A stretch of 42,074 nucleotides of DNA from Octopus bimaculoides (Eukaryota). Positions 25,029 to 37,105 of this stretch are shown one piece after another (the first letter of the stretch is position 1; every line of letters starts with the position of its first letter). The notes beneath the pieces are model-generated. The model did not search any database, had not been told where the DNA came from, and was given only the letters and a program-made list of their open reading frames with translations. A program made the translations under genes and the position numbers. The DNA is taken from contig NC_068984.1 in assembly GCF_001194135.2 (NCBI RefSeq), positions 29,835,318 to 29,877,391 of the forward strand, in the 5' to 3' direction.

Positions 25029-25969
25029 CACCTTGGGCAAGTGTCTTCTACTATAGCCTCGGGCCGACCAAAGCCTTGTGAGTGGATTTGGTAGACGGAA
25101 ACTGAAAGAAGCCTGTCGTATATATGTATATATATATATATATNNNNNNNNNNNNNNNNNNNNNNNNNNNNNNNNNNNNNNNNNNNNNNNNNNNNNNNNN
25201 NNNNNNNNNNNNNNNNNNNNNNNNNNNNNNNNNNNNNNNNNNNNNNNNNNNNNNNNNNNNNNNNNNNNNNNNNNNNNNNNNNNNNNNNNNNNNNNNNNNN
25301 NNNNNNNNNNNNNNNNNNNNNNNNNNNNNNNNNNNNNNNNNNNNNNNNNNNNNNNNNNNNNNNNNNNNNNNNNNNNNNNNNNNNNNNNNNNNNNNNNNNN
25401 NNNNNNNNNNNNNNNNNNNNNNNNNNNNNNNNNNNNNNNNNNNNNNNNNNNNNNNNNNNNNNNNNNNNNNNNNNNNNNNNNNNNNNNNNNNNNNNNNNNN
25501 NNNNNNNNNNNNNNNNNNNNNNNNNNNNNNNNNNNNNNNNNNNNNNNNNNNNNNNNNNNNNNNNNNNNNNNNNNNNNNNNNNNNNNNNNNNNNNNNNNNN
25601 NNNNNNNNNNNNNNNNNNNNNNNNNNNNNNNNNNNNNNNNNNNNNNNNNNNNNNNNNNNNNNNNNNNNNNNNNNNNNNNNNNNNNNNNNNNNNNNNNNNN
25701 NNNNNNNNNNNNNNNNNNNNNNNNNNNNNNTGTGTGTGTTTGTTTATATATTTATGTGTCTGTGTTTGCCCCCCCCACCAAACATCACTTCACAACCGAT
25801 GCTGGTGTGTTTACGTCCCCGTGACTTAGCGGTTCGGCTAAAGAGACCGATAGAATATGTACCAGGTTTACAAAGAATAAGTCCTGGGGTCGATTTGCTC
25901 GACTAAATGCGGTGCTCCAGTATGGCCACAGTCAAATGACTGAAACAAGTAAAGAAAGAATAAAAGAAT
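25029..25969 (+). mobile_element. SINE family B copy (5'-truncated); internal microsatellite falls in gap 25144-25730
   Basis: caccttgggcaagtgtcttctactatagcctcgggccgacc before the gap; gtgtctgtgtttg...gcggtgctccagtatggccacagtcaaatgactgaaac...taaaagaat after it. Confidence 0.88.
25144..25730. other. Assembly gap (N run)
   Basis: N characters. Confidence 0.99.
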
Positions 25970-25982
25970 TATGTATATGCAT

Positions 25983-26311
25983 ATTCTTTTATTTGTTTCA
26001 TTCATTTGACTGCGGCCATGCTGGAGCATCGCCTTTAGTCGAACAAATCGATCCCAGGACATTTTTTGTAAGCCTGATACTTATTCTATCGTCTCTTTTG
26101 CCGAACTGCTAAGTTACGCAGCCATAAACACACCAACATGGGTTGTCAAGCGATGATGGGGGGACAAACACAGACACACAAACATATATTTCCGTCTACC
26201 AAATCCACTCACAAGGCATTGGTCGGCCCGAGGCTATAGAAGAAGACACTTGCCCAAGTGACACCGCAGTGAGACTGAACCCAGAAACATGTGGTTGGTA
26301 AGCAAACTACT
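25983..26311 (-). mobile_element. SINE family B copy, tail-to-tail with the preceding copy
   Basis: attcttttatttgtttcattcatttgactgcggccatgctggagc...caaggcattggtcggcccgagg...ggttggtaagcaaactactt. Confidence 0.92.
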
Positions 26312-26835
26312 TTAAATTGCCATAAAGGCATTACATACAAGGGGACACTACAACACATGTGGGGACATATAGCAATTAAAATAAAATTTGATACTATAAA
26401 TAACATATGAATATGAACATGAAAAACATTAAAATCAAAATATTAAAATAATGATACATGAATGATGACTGAGAAATCATAATATGAAAAGTGTGTTACT
26501 CACCCCACACTGAGTAACACCACTCGCCACCTCGGAGTCCTGAGTCCTCTTTAGTCTTTGATCTAGTCTTTCCTTTAACGTTTTCCTCATCGCTGAATGA
26601 CAACACTCTCTCCTCCATGTATACGTAAACTTTTCCACCGGAGGAGGGTTTTGTAAATTTTGTGGTAAGTGTTCTTTCTTCTTTTCTTCCTGTAGAGACA
26701 GGGGGTGGGTGGGTTTGGTGTATGTATGGGGAGGGCCGATCTGAGTGGTCTTTGGTGAGATGGAGTTGGTCTGGGGTCCCACATCACACTGACTGTTCTT
26801 CCTCTTCTTTCTCCTTTCCCTTTTATTCTCTGTCA

Positions 26836-27150
26836 GTGTCCAATGGTCCAGTGGTTAGGGCAGCGGACTCGCGGTCGGAGGACCGCAGTTTCGATTCTCA
26901 GACCTGGCGTTGTGTGTATTTATTGAGTGAAACCACCTAAAGCTCCACGAGGCTCCGGCAGGGGATGGTGGCAACCCCTGCTGTACTCTTTCGCCCCAAC
27001 TTTCTCTCACTCTTTCCTCCTGTTTTTTTAGTAACGCTGCGATGGACTGGCGTCCCGTCCAGCTGGGAGGAACACATACAACATAGAAACCGAGAACCCG
27101 GGCGCATGAGACTGGCTAGGCTTTAAAAGGGCGAATAAATAAAAAAAAGA
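26836..27150 (+). mobile_element. SINE family C: tRNA-derived head, V-SINE-like central motif, A-rich tail
   Basis: A-box tggtccagtgg (26844), B-box gtttcgattc (26888), ctgcgatggactggcgtcccgtccag (27037), tail aataaataaaaaaaagaa. Single copy in the window. Confidence 0.7.
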
Positions 27151-28401
27151 AGAAAATCAATAAGAAAATGTAGTCATGAATTTAGAAAACGTAAAAATGA
27201 TCATTGCTCTCCGGGAGATTTTCAGATATCAGGGTATATTTAAGAAATACAGAAAAGTACATAGAAATTGTGAAAAGCGAACCCTCGGTAAACACTAATT
27301 ACCCTCAAGCGGAAATTTCGAAATTTGTCAGTTAAAACAGCAGTCATAAGAAAGGAGTTACTGAAAGAAAAATAAATAACCAGAAAGTCAGTTGAAACAT
27401 TTTAGCTGTTAACAAAGAACTGAAATAGGAGATCGCAGAGGTTTATATAAAGATTTACTTTTGAGAAAAATCTGCAGTTAAAATTTCAGGATTGTTCTTG
27501 GCGAGAAGAAATTGAGTTTAAGTAATATCCATGCACTACACCAGCGTACACTATTAGTATGGATATCTCTGAGGCTGAGAAAGAACACATTTATAACAAT
27601 AAAATCCAGTGGAAACTTTAGTGTGTGCTACTTGCAGGAAAACTGAACTTTTATCGAAAGTATTTTAACAGCATTTAAGAGCTAGCACCTAATGCGACAT
27701 AAATATCAAAATAGCTGGCATTGACAGATAATGTCTGATATGTAAAGATAAGCCTATATTAATGTAGGAAAAACTACTGGGTAAATGTATATGACATTCC
27801 ATTTTGATCAATTCGTGGAACAATTACCACTTGAGATAAAAACCTAAGAATTTACGAAGATGTAAAGTGCGTTTCTATAACATGTAGGTCTAACAGACTA
27901 GAGAAAATTACGTGGCAGAGGAGAAGAAATATACGGACGTCAAGAAAAATTAGTTGCTCAACAGAAGGCAACTTAATTCTGGAGATGCAAGACAAAATAA
28001 TCTCTACGACAAATGATGAGCAAAAAGTACCAGGGAATATAACTTTGAATTTATACCTAGACATACTGAGTACTTCGTTGCGTAATTAATGTCGCCAATA
28101 GCAACTTCAGAAGCTGTTTCATAAGACCGGAAAGGACACGGCAAATTAAAAACATAAAAACAACCTAATAATAGATCTGGGAAAATTGACAAAACATTAC
28201 AGAAGTTTAGCCAACAGAAGGTACATAACAAAATATACAGACACGCAAGCCTCTCACGGTCTGTCTGTTTGTCTCTCGGTCGTTTCCCTCTAACCACCCA
28301 CTTATGCGTACGCTGTGTGTGCGCGCGTTCGTGTATGTGTGCAAGAGTATGTAAATTCGTAACATACAGTAGCACATGCATGTAGGGTCATTAACTCCTA
28401 C

Positions 28402-28402
<1 letters not shown>

Positions 28403-28467
<65 letters not shown>

Positions 28468-28480
28468 TTATCTATCTATC
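28403..28480. repeat. (TATC)n microsatellite
   Basis: Directly visible. Confidence 0.97.
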
Positions 28481-28507
28481 CCTCACTGCATATATCGTTT
28501 ATCTACT

Positions 28508-28733
28508 ACTTGTTTCAGTCATTTGAGTTCGGTCATGCTGGGGCACCGCCTTCAAGCGTTTTAGTCGAATGAATCGAAAAAATTTCTTTCAGCCTAGAAC
28601 TTGTTTTATTGGTCTCATTTTGTTGAACCGCTAGTTTACATGGAAGTCAACACACCAACACCGGTAGTCAAGCGATAGTGGAGGACAAATGCAGACACAG
28701 ACAGACAGGCACACACGCATGCACTCACACACA

Positions 28734-28776
<43 letters not shown>

Positions 28777-28935
28777 GACTATCTTTTTTCAGTTTCCCTC
28801 TACCATACCTACTCACAAGCCTTTGGTCGACTCGACGATATAGTAGAAGACATTTGCTCATGAAGCCACGCAACATGACTGAAGCCGGAGCCATGTTGTC
28901 GAGATCCAAGCTTCTTACCAAACAACCATACACAC
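28508..28935 (-). mobile_element. SINE family B copy (older) with expanded internal (CA)n
   Basis: acttgtttcagtcatttg...catgctggggcaccgcc...cacaagcctttggtcgactcgacgatatagtagaagacatttgc. Confidence 0.88.
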
Positions 28936-28980
28936 CTACATACATACATACATACATACATACATACATACATACATACA

Positions 28981-29014
<34 letters not shown>

Positions 29015-29111
29015 NNNNNNNNNNNNNNNNNNNNNNNNNNNNNNNNNNNNNNNNNNNNNNNNNNNNNNNNNNNNNNNNNNNNNNNNNNNNNNNNNNNNNN
29101 NNNNNNNNNNN
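28936..29111. repeat. (TACA)n-(TA)n microsatellite running into gap 29015-29111
   Basis: Directly visible. Confidence 0.95.
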
Positions 29112-29128
29112 ATATATGTATATGCATA

Positions 29129-29986
29129 TGAAGGGGTATCACAAATTTTCCGGACTAGTTCTGCAGCGCGTCAACAGATGGCAGCGCATGGTTTCCTGTG
29201 CAGCGAGAGCTACCAGTGACTTTTATGAGGCAGTGTACCGGGTCACACCATTGTGTTTATTTCGCAAGTTGTGAAATTTATGTTTTCATGATCACATATA
29301 TGCTGTAGTCCGCGATTTTTATCATCGAAAGGAATGTGAAACAAGGAGCCACCGTGAAATTCTGCGTTAAACCTAGGACGTGTGCTGCAGCGACATTGAG
29401 CGTATTTCAGCAAGCTTACCGCGTCGAGGCATTAGGTCGTAGACAATGTTTTGACTAGCACGAGCGCACGACAGAGAGGCAGTTTAATCAAGGCCATGCC
29501 GATCGGTTTATTCGACATTCACGGTATTGGACATCGAGAATTCATCCATCGGGGCCAGAACGTCGATAGACAGTTCTGCTGCGACGTGTTGAAGCGTTTG
29601 AGGGAGGAGATTCGACGAAGATGGCCGGGTGCTTCACGACAACGATGCACCCTGTCACCAAGCTCTCCTCACTCGAGAGTTTCTCGCCAAAAACAACATC
29701 GTATCGCGTGCGCACCCACCCTATTTGCCAGATTTATCACCTGCAGAGTTCTATCTCTTCACGAAGATGAAAATGCAGCTCAAAAGTCGTCGAGATCCTG
29801 AGCGAATCGCAGAAGGTCCTCGACTCACTTACGGAAAACGACTTCCCGGCTAAAAGTAACAGGATCGCTAGGACCGGTGTATTGCTGCACAAGAAACTAT
29901 TTCTAAGGAGATGATGGTAAAACTAAGGTAGATATGTTATTTCTTATCAAACATACCTAGTCCAGGAACTTTTTGATACCACATCG
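29129..29986 (+). mobile_element. Internally deleted mariner element with both TIRs and TA TSD
   Basis: 30-bp TIRs (29129-29158 / 29957-29986, 23/30 match) flanked by TA. Transposase remnants: EQGATVKFCVK, FDIHGIGHREF..GQNV...VLKRLREEIRRRWP, HDNDAPCH, HPPYLPDLSPAEFYLF (YSPDLAP(S/C)D motif region). Confidence 0.93.
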
Positions 29987-30001
29987 TATCTACATATATA
30001 T

Positions 30002-30002
<1 letters not shown>

Positions 30003-30079
<77 letters not shown>

Positions 30080-30299
30080 GAGAAAGAAGGAAAGAAAGAA
30101 AGAAAGAAAGAGTGAGAGAGGTGGTAATGATCATATAGAACAGCTGATATGGGCTTATAATTTCATTAGTCCATCACGTTTATATTATCCAAATTCCAAT
30201 GAAAGAGCTCCGTGGAAATTGCCTTTTCTAAAAAAATTCTACATAAAATCCCTAAGCCACACACACCCACACTTACATATGTGTATGTGTGTGTGTGTG

Positions 30300-30350
<51 letters not shown>

Positions 30351-30384
30351 ATGATTCGTGTGCGTGTACGCGTGTATGTGTGTT

Positions 30385-30425
<41 letters not shown>
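30003..30425. repeat. Microsatellite cluster (AG)n, (GAAA)n, (TG)n-(AG)n, (TA)n
   Basis: Directly visible. Confidence 0.95.
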
Positions 30426-32037
30426 TCACATACATAACTATTGTTATTGTTATTTTTGTTGTTCTTGTGTAAGAATGTAGTGTGAATTAGTGTGAGCAAG
30501 TGAATTTGAATGTCTGTAACAAATACACGTTGAAAATTACATAGAAACTCATGAGGTAAACCGAATTTCAGATGAAAAAAATAAAAGAGTAAAATCCAGT
30601 TTGAAGAAAAAAAATTAAAAATACACATTAATAAAACATTCAACTGAAAATCAAGGAAGAGTGATTACGCTAAAAAATGAAATAATATCTCTACTGCAAA
30701 AGAGAAAAAAATCATTATTAATATTTCACTTCACGAAATTATCTTTTTCGAGGATTTATTGCTTTTTCAGTGATAATTTATTCATTTGACGTTTTTGTTT
30801 TAGATTTCTACTTGACATTTTTTCGTTTATTTCTGCCACATTTTTTCACTGTTAGCTTCAGTGATTTCCAGCCTTTTTATCTTCACCTGATATGTTGCAT
30901 CTAAGATACAGAATGAATAACTTTGCCAAGGCTAAGTTTGTAATATAAAATAAAATATCATCAACGAAGGATAACTATTCCGCTTTTGTTCGCTAGTTGT
31001 TTCCACGCGTTATTCAATGGACGTTTCTCATGCATAATCATACACGAAATATGCGGATAGATAAAAAAAGAGATCAAACAAATATGAACAACGAAGAGAC
31101 AAATGAAGAATATATGAAGAAACCAAAAACTATCAATAAAATACTGAACGGTCTATGAAAAAAAAAAAAAAGAATGAGTTACTTTATTTCTAAAATGATC
31201 TTAGCACCATCTTATAATATTGAGCTATGAACCTTTAAATCTATTTTGAGACAAATCAATATGATATATAGATTTTAAACACCTTAGTGAAATTCTTTAC
31301 AGGCAATCACAGCGCGTGTTACAAAATTTTGATATATCATTTGATACAAATCATGTGAGGCAAGGCGCTTTATTCTACACATATGCATGTGTACGTACGT
31401 AATTACATAATACATACATACATACGTACGTACATATATACATACATTAGTATATAGATACACAGCAGGCACAGATATACACATTCAATATTCATATAAC
31501 GCACAAACGCATATAAAACTTCATTCCATCAGCAAAAAGGAACGATATAGTTAAATGTTTTAATGTATTTCAAGGCAAAACATCAATATCTATCAAATTA
31601 ATGTGTTATATATAACTATGGAAATGTAGAATGAATATAACAGAAGGATTACTTTTTACATGCAAGAAATATCTAATTTTCCCATTAGCAACGTTACTAG
31701 AGATTACTCTCAGTATTTTCGTTATGTATTTCTTCAACAGTATAACCTTCACAAATGTACAGCCGAACAAAACGGAGAAATACACTGACCGTAGAATATA
31801 AAGGGACATTAATTTTTTCACCTCCAGTAACTGAGAGCAAGCAGCATATTTTTCCATACACTGCTATCAGTGAAGAGCAAGTGCTGCTAGTTAAAAGCGT
31901 TGTAATCAAATATTCTGTGAAATCGATTGGTGACATCGGCTAAAATGGATCTACAATACAGCATACTTTGGTTAACATACTCAGTCTATCAACAAGTATA
32001 TAAGTGCATATTTTTTCTGACTCATGGATTCTTAGAC

Positions 32038-32039
32038 AA

Positions 32040-32084
<45 letters not shown>

Positions 32085-32105
32085 GCACACACACCCACAT
32101 ATATA

Positions 32106-32138
<33 letters not shown>
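32038..32138. repeat. (CA)n-(TA)n compound microsatellite
   Basis: Directly visible. Confidence 0.95.
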
Positions 32139-32140
<2 letters not shown>

Positions 32141-35100
32141 CTCTATCTTAGACACAGTCCGTATACTATAGTTTCAACTTCATTGCATTTCAAAAAGTTT
32201 ATATTTTATTTTATAGCATATCACATTCTCCACACTACCCTCTTGTTCTGTTATTTGAAGTCATGCCATTGTCTCTCTCCATATATTTCATTTTGCATAT
32301 AATCATTTACTATTGCAAAGAGTTCTAACATACTGTAGCATATGTATGCAGCTGCCTCTTGTCTACATTAAAGATTGGAATTTACCATATAAATCAACTC
32401 GAGATTTTTATACAGAATTTCTTTAAATTAGGTGCCTTTCTCTTTCAGTATCGCTAAGTTTTTGTTTTATATCTTACACCTAGGTAAAATTTCGAGAAAT
32501 TATTGCGTACAGCATTAAGCTCATCGCCAGTTTACTTCATTGTTTACATGCCTTCTATTCTCCTTCATGATTTATTTCTCTCAGATATCTTTTATTTTTT
32601 TAAGTATACACATACGAACGCACACGCGCTCCAACATACGCATATATACTAATGTATATGCAAACGTATGCATATATCTGTGCGTCTACGTAAATACGTG
32701 CGTGAAGGCTAATGTATGGTATACGTGTGCGTGTTGAATATCGGAAAAATTGGAACGTTGTGTAGATAAGGATATGAAAGGAACTAGGAATGAAAAAGGA
32801 TATATCTAAGAAAAAAGGAGCAGGATGTGCATGTGTTTCAGTGTGACACAGTCTGCAAAATTAAGTTTGACAATATCACAGAGAGACGCGTAGAGAAAGT
32901 ACTAATGTTATTAGCCATCGACTAAGTTTTTCTATTATTGCGTGACAACATGCAAAATTTTAACGACGTATTTCGTGAACAACAGAAGAGAAAAAAAGGA
33001 AAATTCACTTTTATTATCATAATATATTACATTCATAATCTTTGTTTGGTGTTAGTTATATATTAGATAAATTTGGAAAAATATTCAAGAAGAACAGAGC
33101 ATAACATTGGTCTATAGTTAGCAGGAGCAGATAGGGGCTTCATGTACAATGCTTATATTTTTACTGTTTTCCCTTATTTTCTATTACTTCGAAGTAGATC
33201 ATTTTTATGATTTTTCAGAAAATGCATATATAATACAGCAAGATAGAATTACCTGAGCCGGGTGTCTGTTTAAATATCACGATTCATATCTCGTTAACAC
33301 TTCCTACAGTATGGTGTGTAGTGTCATAATTTACTTTAGAGTGTAGAAGAATCTTGCAGTATTTAGCGATGTCTGTGATTTCGAATCCTGCTATAGAAGA
33401 CGTTGACATTTATCCCGTTCATACCGTTAAAGTAAATACTAATGATATTTTCAAGAACTATGTAATCTGCATATTTAAAAAAAATATTTATATATAGTGT
33501 GCTGTACTTTGAAATAATTATTCATCATTTGGAACTATAAAGTGCAAAAGCTATTATAGTAAGAATGAAAAATATTTCACTGTGAGTATATATTTGTTTT
33601 ATACTCTTAATCACTCAGTGGCCTCTCTCTCTTTATGTGGGTTATGCCATCCTTTACAGGTATTTAGAACTGAATCTGTAAAACAAGAGCCAGTCTCTTC
33701 AACTTAAGTTAATTTTGTAATATGGCTTCAAAGAAAATCCAGTAGCTAATAATAATATCATCCGTTAAAAAAGTGATGGTGGTATGTTTCTTGAACCAGA
33801 TACCTGAACTGAATAGATGTACCACTTTTAATTAAATATTTAAAACATGATGTAAACTATTATTACACGGAGATCTTATAAACTTATTTTACTTATGTAC
33901 TAATGTCAATCAACTTTTAAGTGAAAAGTCTTTAATCAAAAACTTTCTAATATGTTTTTCTTTTGTTCAGACTTGTATTACACTGCTCAAAATGCTTTGG
34001 GATAAAACTGAGTATATTTTCTATACATTATCAATAATGTAGTTATTTTTCTTTTGCATTCTGGTTTACATATATATGCTTGTAAAACAAGAAGAAATAT
34101 GAAAATGGGAGGGTTTACAGGAAATACAACAAACGTTTGAGTCCTACGTTGCTATGACGATCACTGCAGCTTTTATTCTCGCTCATCTTCATACATTTGT
34201 GTTAGGTAGTACTGAGGAAGTTACAAAAACCGTAATGTAAACGTTGATTTATGACTACTATTTTAAATAAGTATGACTTATGCCGAATGAAATCTATATT
34301 TCTCCTTAATTTTCTTTTCTGTCTTAGTGATTTGTTCCTGTTCCTGAAAAAGACATGAAGACAGACACATTGTTCATGTTAAACAAATAGTTGATTTTGT
34401 AAGATATGTTTCCCCACCAAGAAGCCGATATAGTGATATGAATAATCAGAGAGAAACTAAATCAAGTAGAATACGATATGTATAATGGAAAAAGAAAATC
34501 GCACGGCCTTCTGTTATTTCCTCACGCGATAACTATATCGATTTAGAAGAAAAATCACTAAATCGGGAACTTCGTTATCTAAATAATATCACAGATACTG
34601 ACATATCAGTGAATTGCGTGGAAACATTAATTGCATTTCAGTGCAGGCTGCATATAAATGCCATCACATCTGTGACTTATTTTACTTTCCCATCTTTTTT
34701 TTATTTTGTTAAAAATTCAACAATATGTATGAAAATTAATCTGGAGCAGTGATAACTCACAATTCATGACAATAAACTCTACAGTCATAAATCAATGTTC
34801 TAGTAGTCCTTTCAGTTCTTCTAACCGGATATAATTTTGTACATACCGACTATTACTAATAGGTTATCGCTGTTGACCTCTTTAATGTGCGAGGTTAAGT
34901 CGACTCCGTCAGAATTCTAAACTAGTCGAACAGCATTTAATTTCGCTAATTCGATGTGGCCACCATTTAAAATTGCATTTTGAAACAACTAGAGAAATGC
35001 ATGTTAAGTACATCAATGAAACTTGTATTCACTCAAAAGAATTTTTTCGTATATTAAATAATTTTCAGAGATTTTCATCCACTCTCTTTTTATAAGCAGA

Positions 35101-36265
35101 CGATATCCACCTAGCTTTGTGAAGTCCAGCTTCATTCACCTGCAACCTAGATAACTCAGTTCAAATTTGCAGTGAGTTTTAGAGGTAACATCAGAAACAT
35201 ATTCCAATGGGCTATCTTCCTTCTAGAGCAAACGACCTAATTTCTGCACATGCCTACGATATATTTTGCATCTTACTTTACCATTCATCGGGAAGATCGT
35301 TTTAAATGCTAAGCTTTACTATTGCCGAGTATTCTCTTTGTGAACACGCATTGCATTTCAAAGACAGGTATTTCTTTTTAGAGTAAAACAATACTAGACG
35401 TCCAAATAATTACTAACCTACAACAAAGCTTGAGTGAAGCCAAACCATAATGCACTGTTACTACATCTTCAATATAGCTGATATTTCTACGCAAGCGCAC
35501 ACAGAGACTTACACAAATACACCCCTACCACACTATATCGCAGATCGAATCAGTCACGCAACTATCTTAGATGAAGTCGCACGTAAAACAGACTAATCTC
35601 TGGCGTAGAGATGTGCTGTCTCCTCTTTCTGCATTTTCTTCAGCTACAGCATTGTTCATTGCTCACGGGTCTGGTTGATTTCGTAGTAACTATACTCAGG
35701 CACACCCGACTCGACTCACACATCTTCCATTCTCTCGACATCCACAGTTTCCCCAATCTTCCAGACTTTTCACTAATAATTACACCACGTTCTTCGTTCC
35801 TACAATGTCGACCCCGTGGAACAATTTGTAGTGCATATTTACCACTGTACTTGTTGATTTACAACAATTGAAGCAGAAGGTTAATGATATCAAGCTCAAT
35901 GATCTTGGAGATTCTTTAAGGAAAAGACTTGGTCTATTCCTTCAGATCAAACTAAGGAAAGGTGATGAAATGAATAAAATATCACAGAATATTTAGAAAT
36001 GTGTTGTTTGCATTAGCACAACGTCGTTCAGATTTCCATTACAAAAATATGAAATGGGAAAAGGAGGAGAAAAAGAAATGAGCAACGGAGAAAGAGACGA
36101 AATGTTATTGTTACAAAATAGAATTGTTAGCTTCTAGTCTCCTTATACATTATGCTGTGAAAAGATGACGTCACAAAACAGAATCTGCCCTAAGTTTCTG
36201 ATTGCCATTTGACAGGAATTGTTAAATGAAACGATATCAAAGAAAAATACCACTACTACTACTAC

Positions 36266-36311
<46 letters not shown>

Positions 36312-36525
36312 CCTTTCTACTATAGGCACAAGGCCTGAAATTTGTGGGGAGGAGACTAGTCGATTACATCGACCCCAGTGTTTCACTGGTACTTATTTCA
36401 TCGATTCCGAAAGGAAGAAAGGCAAAGTGGACTACGGCAGAATTTGAACTCGGAACGTCAAAACGAACGTAATGCTGCTAGACAATTCTCCCGGCGTGCT
36501 AACGATTTTGCCAACTCTCTGCCTT
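36266..36525 (-). mobile_element. SINE family A copy, full length, tail type 1 with (ATT)n
   Basis: (aat)n-cctttctactataggcacaaggcctg...gtcgattacatcgaccccagtgtttcactgg...gcgtgctaacgattttgccaactc. Confidence 0.93.
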
Positions 36526-36649
36526 ATATAACAACAACAACAACGACCATAATAATAATCATAATATATTTAAAGAAGAGCTGCAACAAATATTCTGCTT
36601 AATACCACAAATTTGCTTGTCCTTAACCGGTTGAGTATGCCCGAAATTT

Positions 36650-36718
36650 GTATAATGGGAATACAAAGGAGGACATGACGATACGGCTAAAATGATCCAC
36701 TGGGAGCGCTGTGGGAAT
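36650..36718 (+). mobile_element. R4/Dong-like (RLE) LINE fragment
   Basis: EYKGGHDDTAKMIHWERC resembles the EYKRRHDxVAKxIHWELC segment after the CCHC knuckle. Confidence 0.55.
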
Positions 36719-36732
36719 CACGGCCTACAAAG

Positions 36733-36780
36733 AGCAAAGATGTGGTATGTTAAGCAAGCTACTTACCACACAGCCACCCC
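36733..36780 (-). mobile_element. SINE B head fragment
   Basis: taagcaagctacttaccacacagccac is identical to 6819-6844. Confidence 0.75.
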
Positions 36781-37019
36781 GTCGAGGACCGAGTGTATGT
36801 CACTTAATGGCTCGGATAAATAAACATTCACTAAACTTCCGAATCGATTTACATTGCGGCGATGCAGCTACAGAAACGGGACAGAAAGCGGCCGCTATAA
36901 GAAGAAACGCAAAGTATTTGTGGTCAATCCTGTCGAAAGCTTTAGATTATCCTATATTTAACCGGGCCCCTCTCATTTTAGCTTCTTTACCCACCTTGCC
37001 TATGATGTTTCACATAAAG

Positions 37020-37105
37020 GTCGTCGTGGATGGACTCTTTTGTGATGAAGCGTGTTTGCACATGACCAATCAGTTACTCAATGAAAAGCGCAGACATCTT
37101 AGGTG
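37020..37105 (+). mobile_element. Possible Tc1/mariner-superfamily transposase fragment
   Basis: LFCDEACLHM resembles the (W/L)FSDEAHFHL first catalytic Asp motif; no other support. Confidence 0.25.

Noticed and set aside
31606-31943. Overlapping ORFs suggesting a host exon (BRCT-like or membrane-like)
   Set aside because: No recognisable family; the frame is closed by a stop just after the nearest acceptor.
33310-34925. Very old SINE A-like scraps (33310-33440 plus; 34880-34925 minus)
   Set aside because: Too diverged to delimit with confidence; excluded from counts.
35200-35830. Possible decayed RTE-type endonuclease on the minus strand (similar hints at 27150-28260 plus and RT hints at 41400-41800 plus)
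   Set aside because: Only vague motif resemblance with many stops; needs a profile search.
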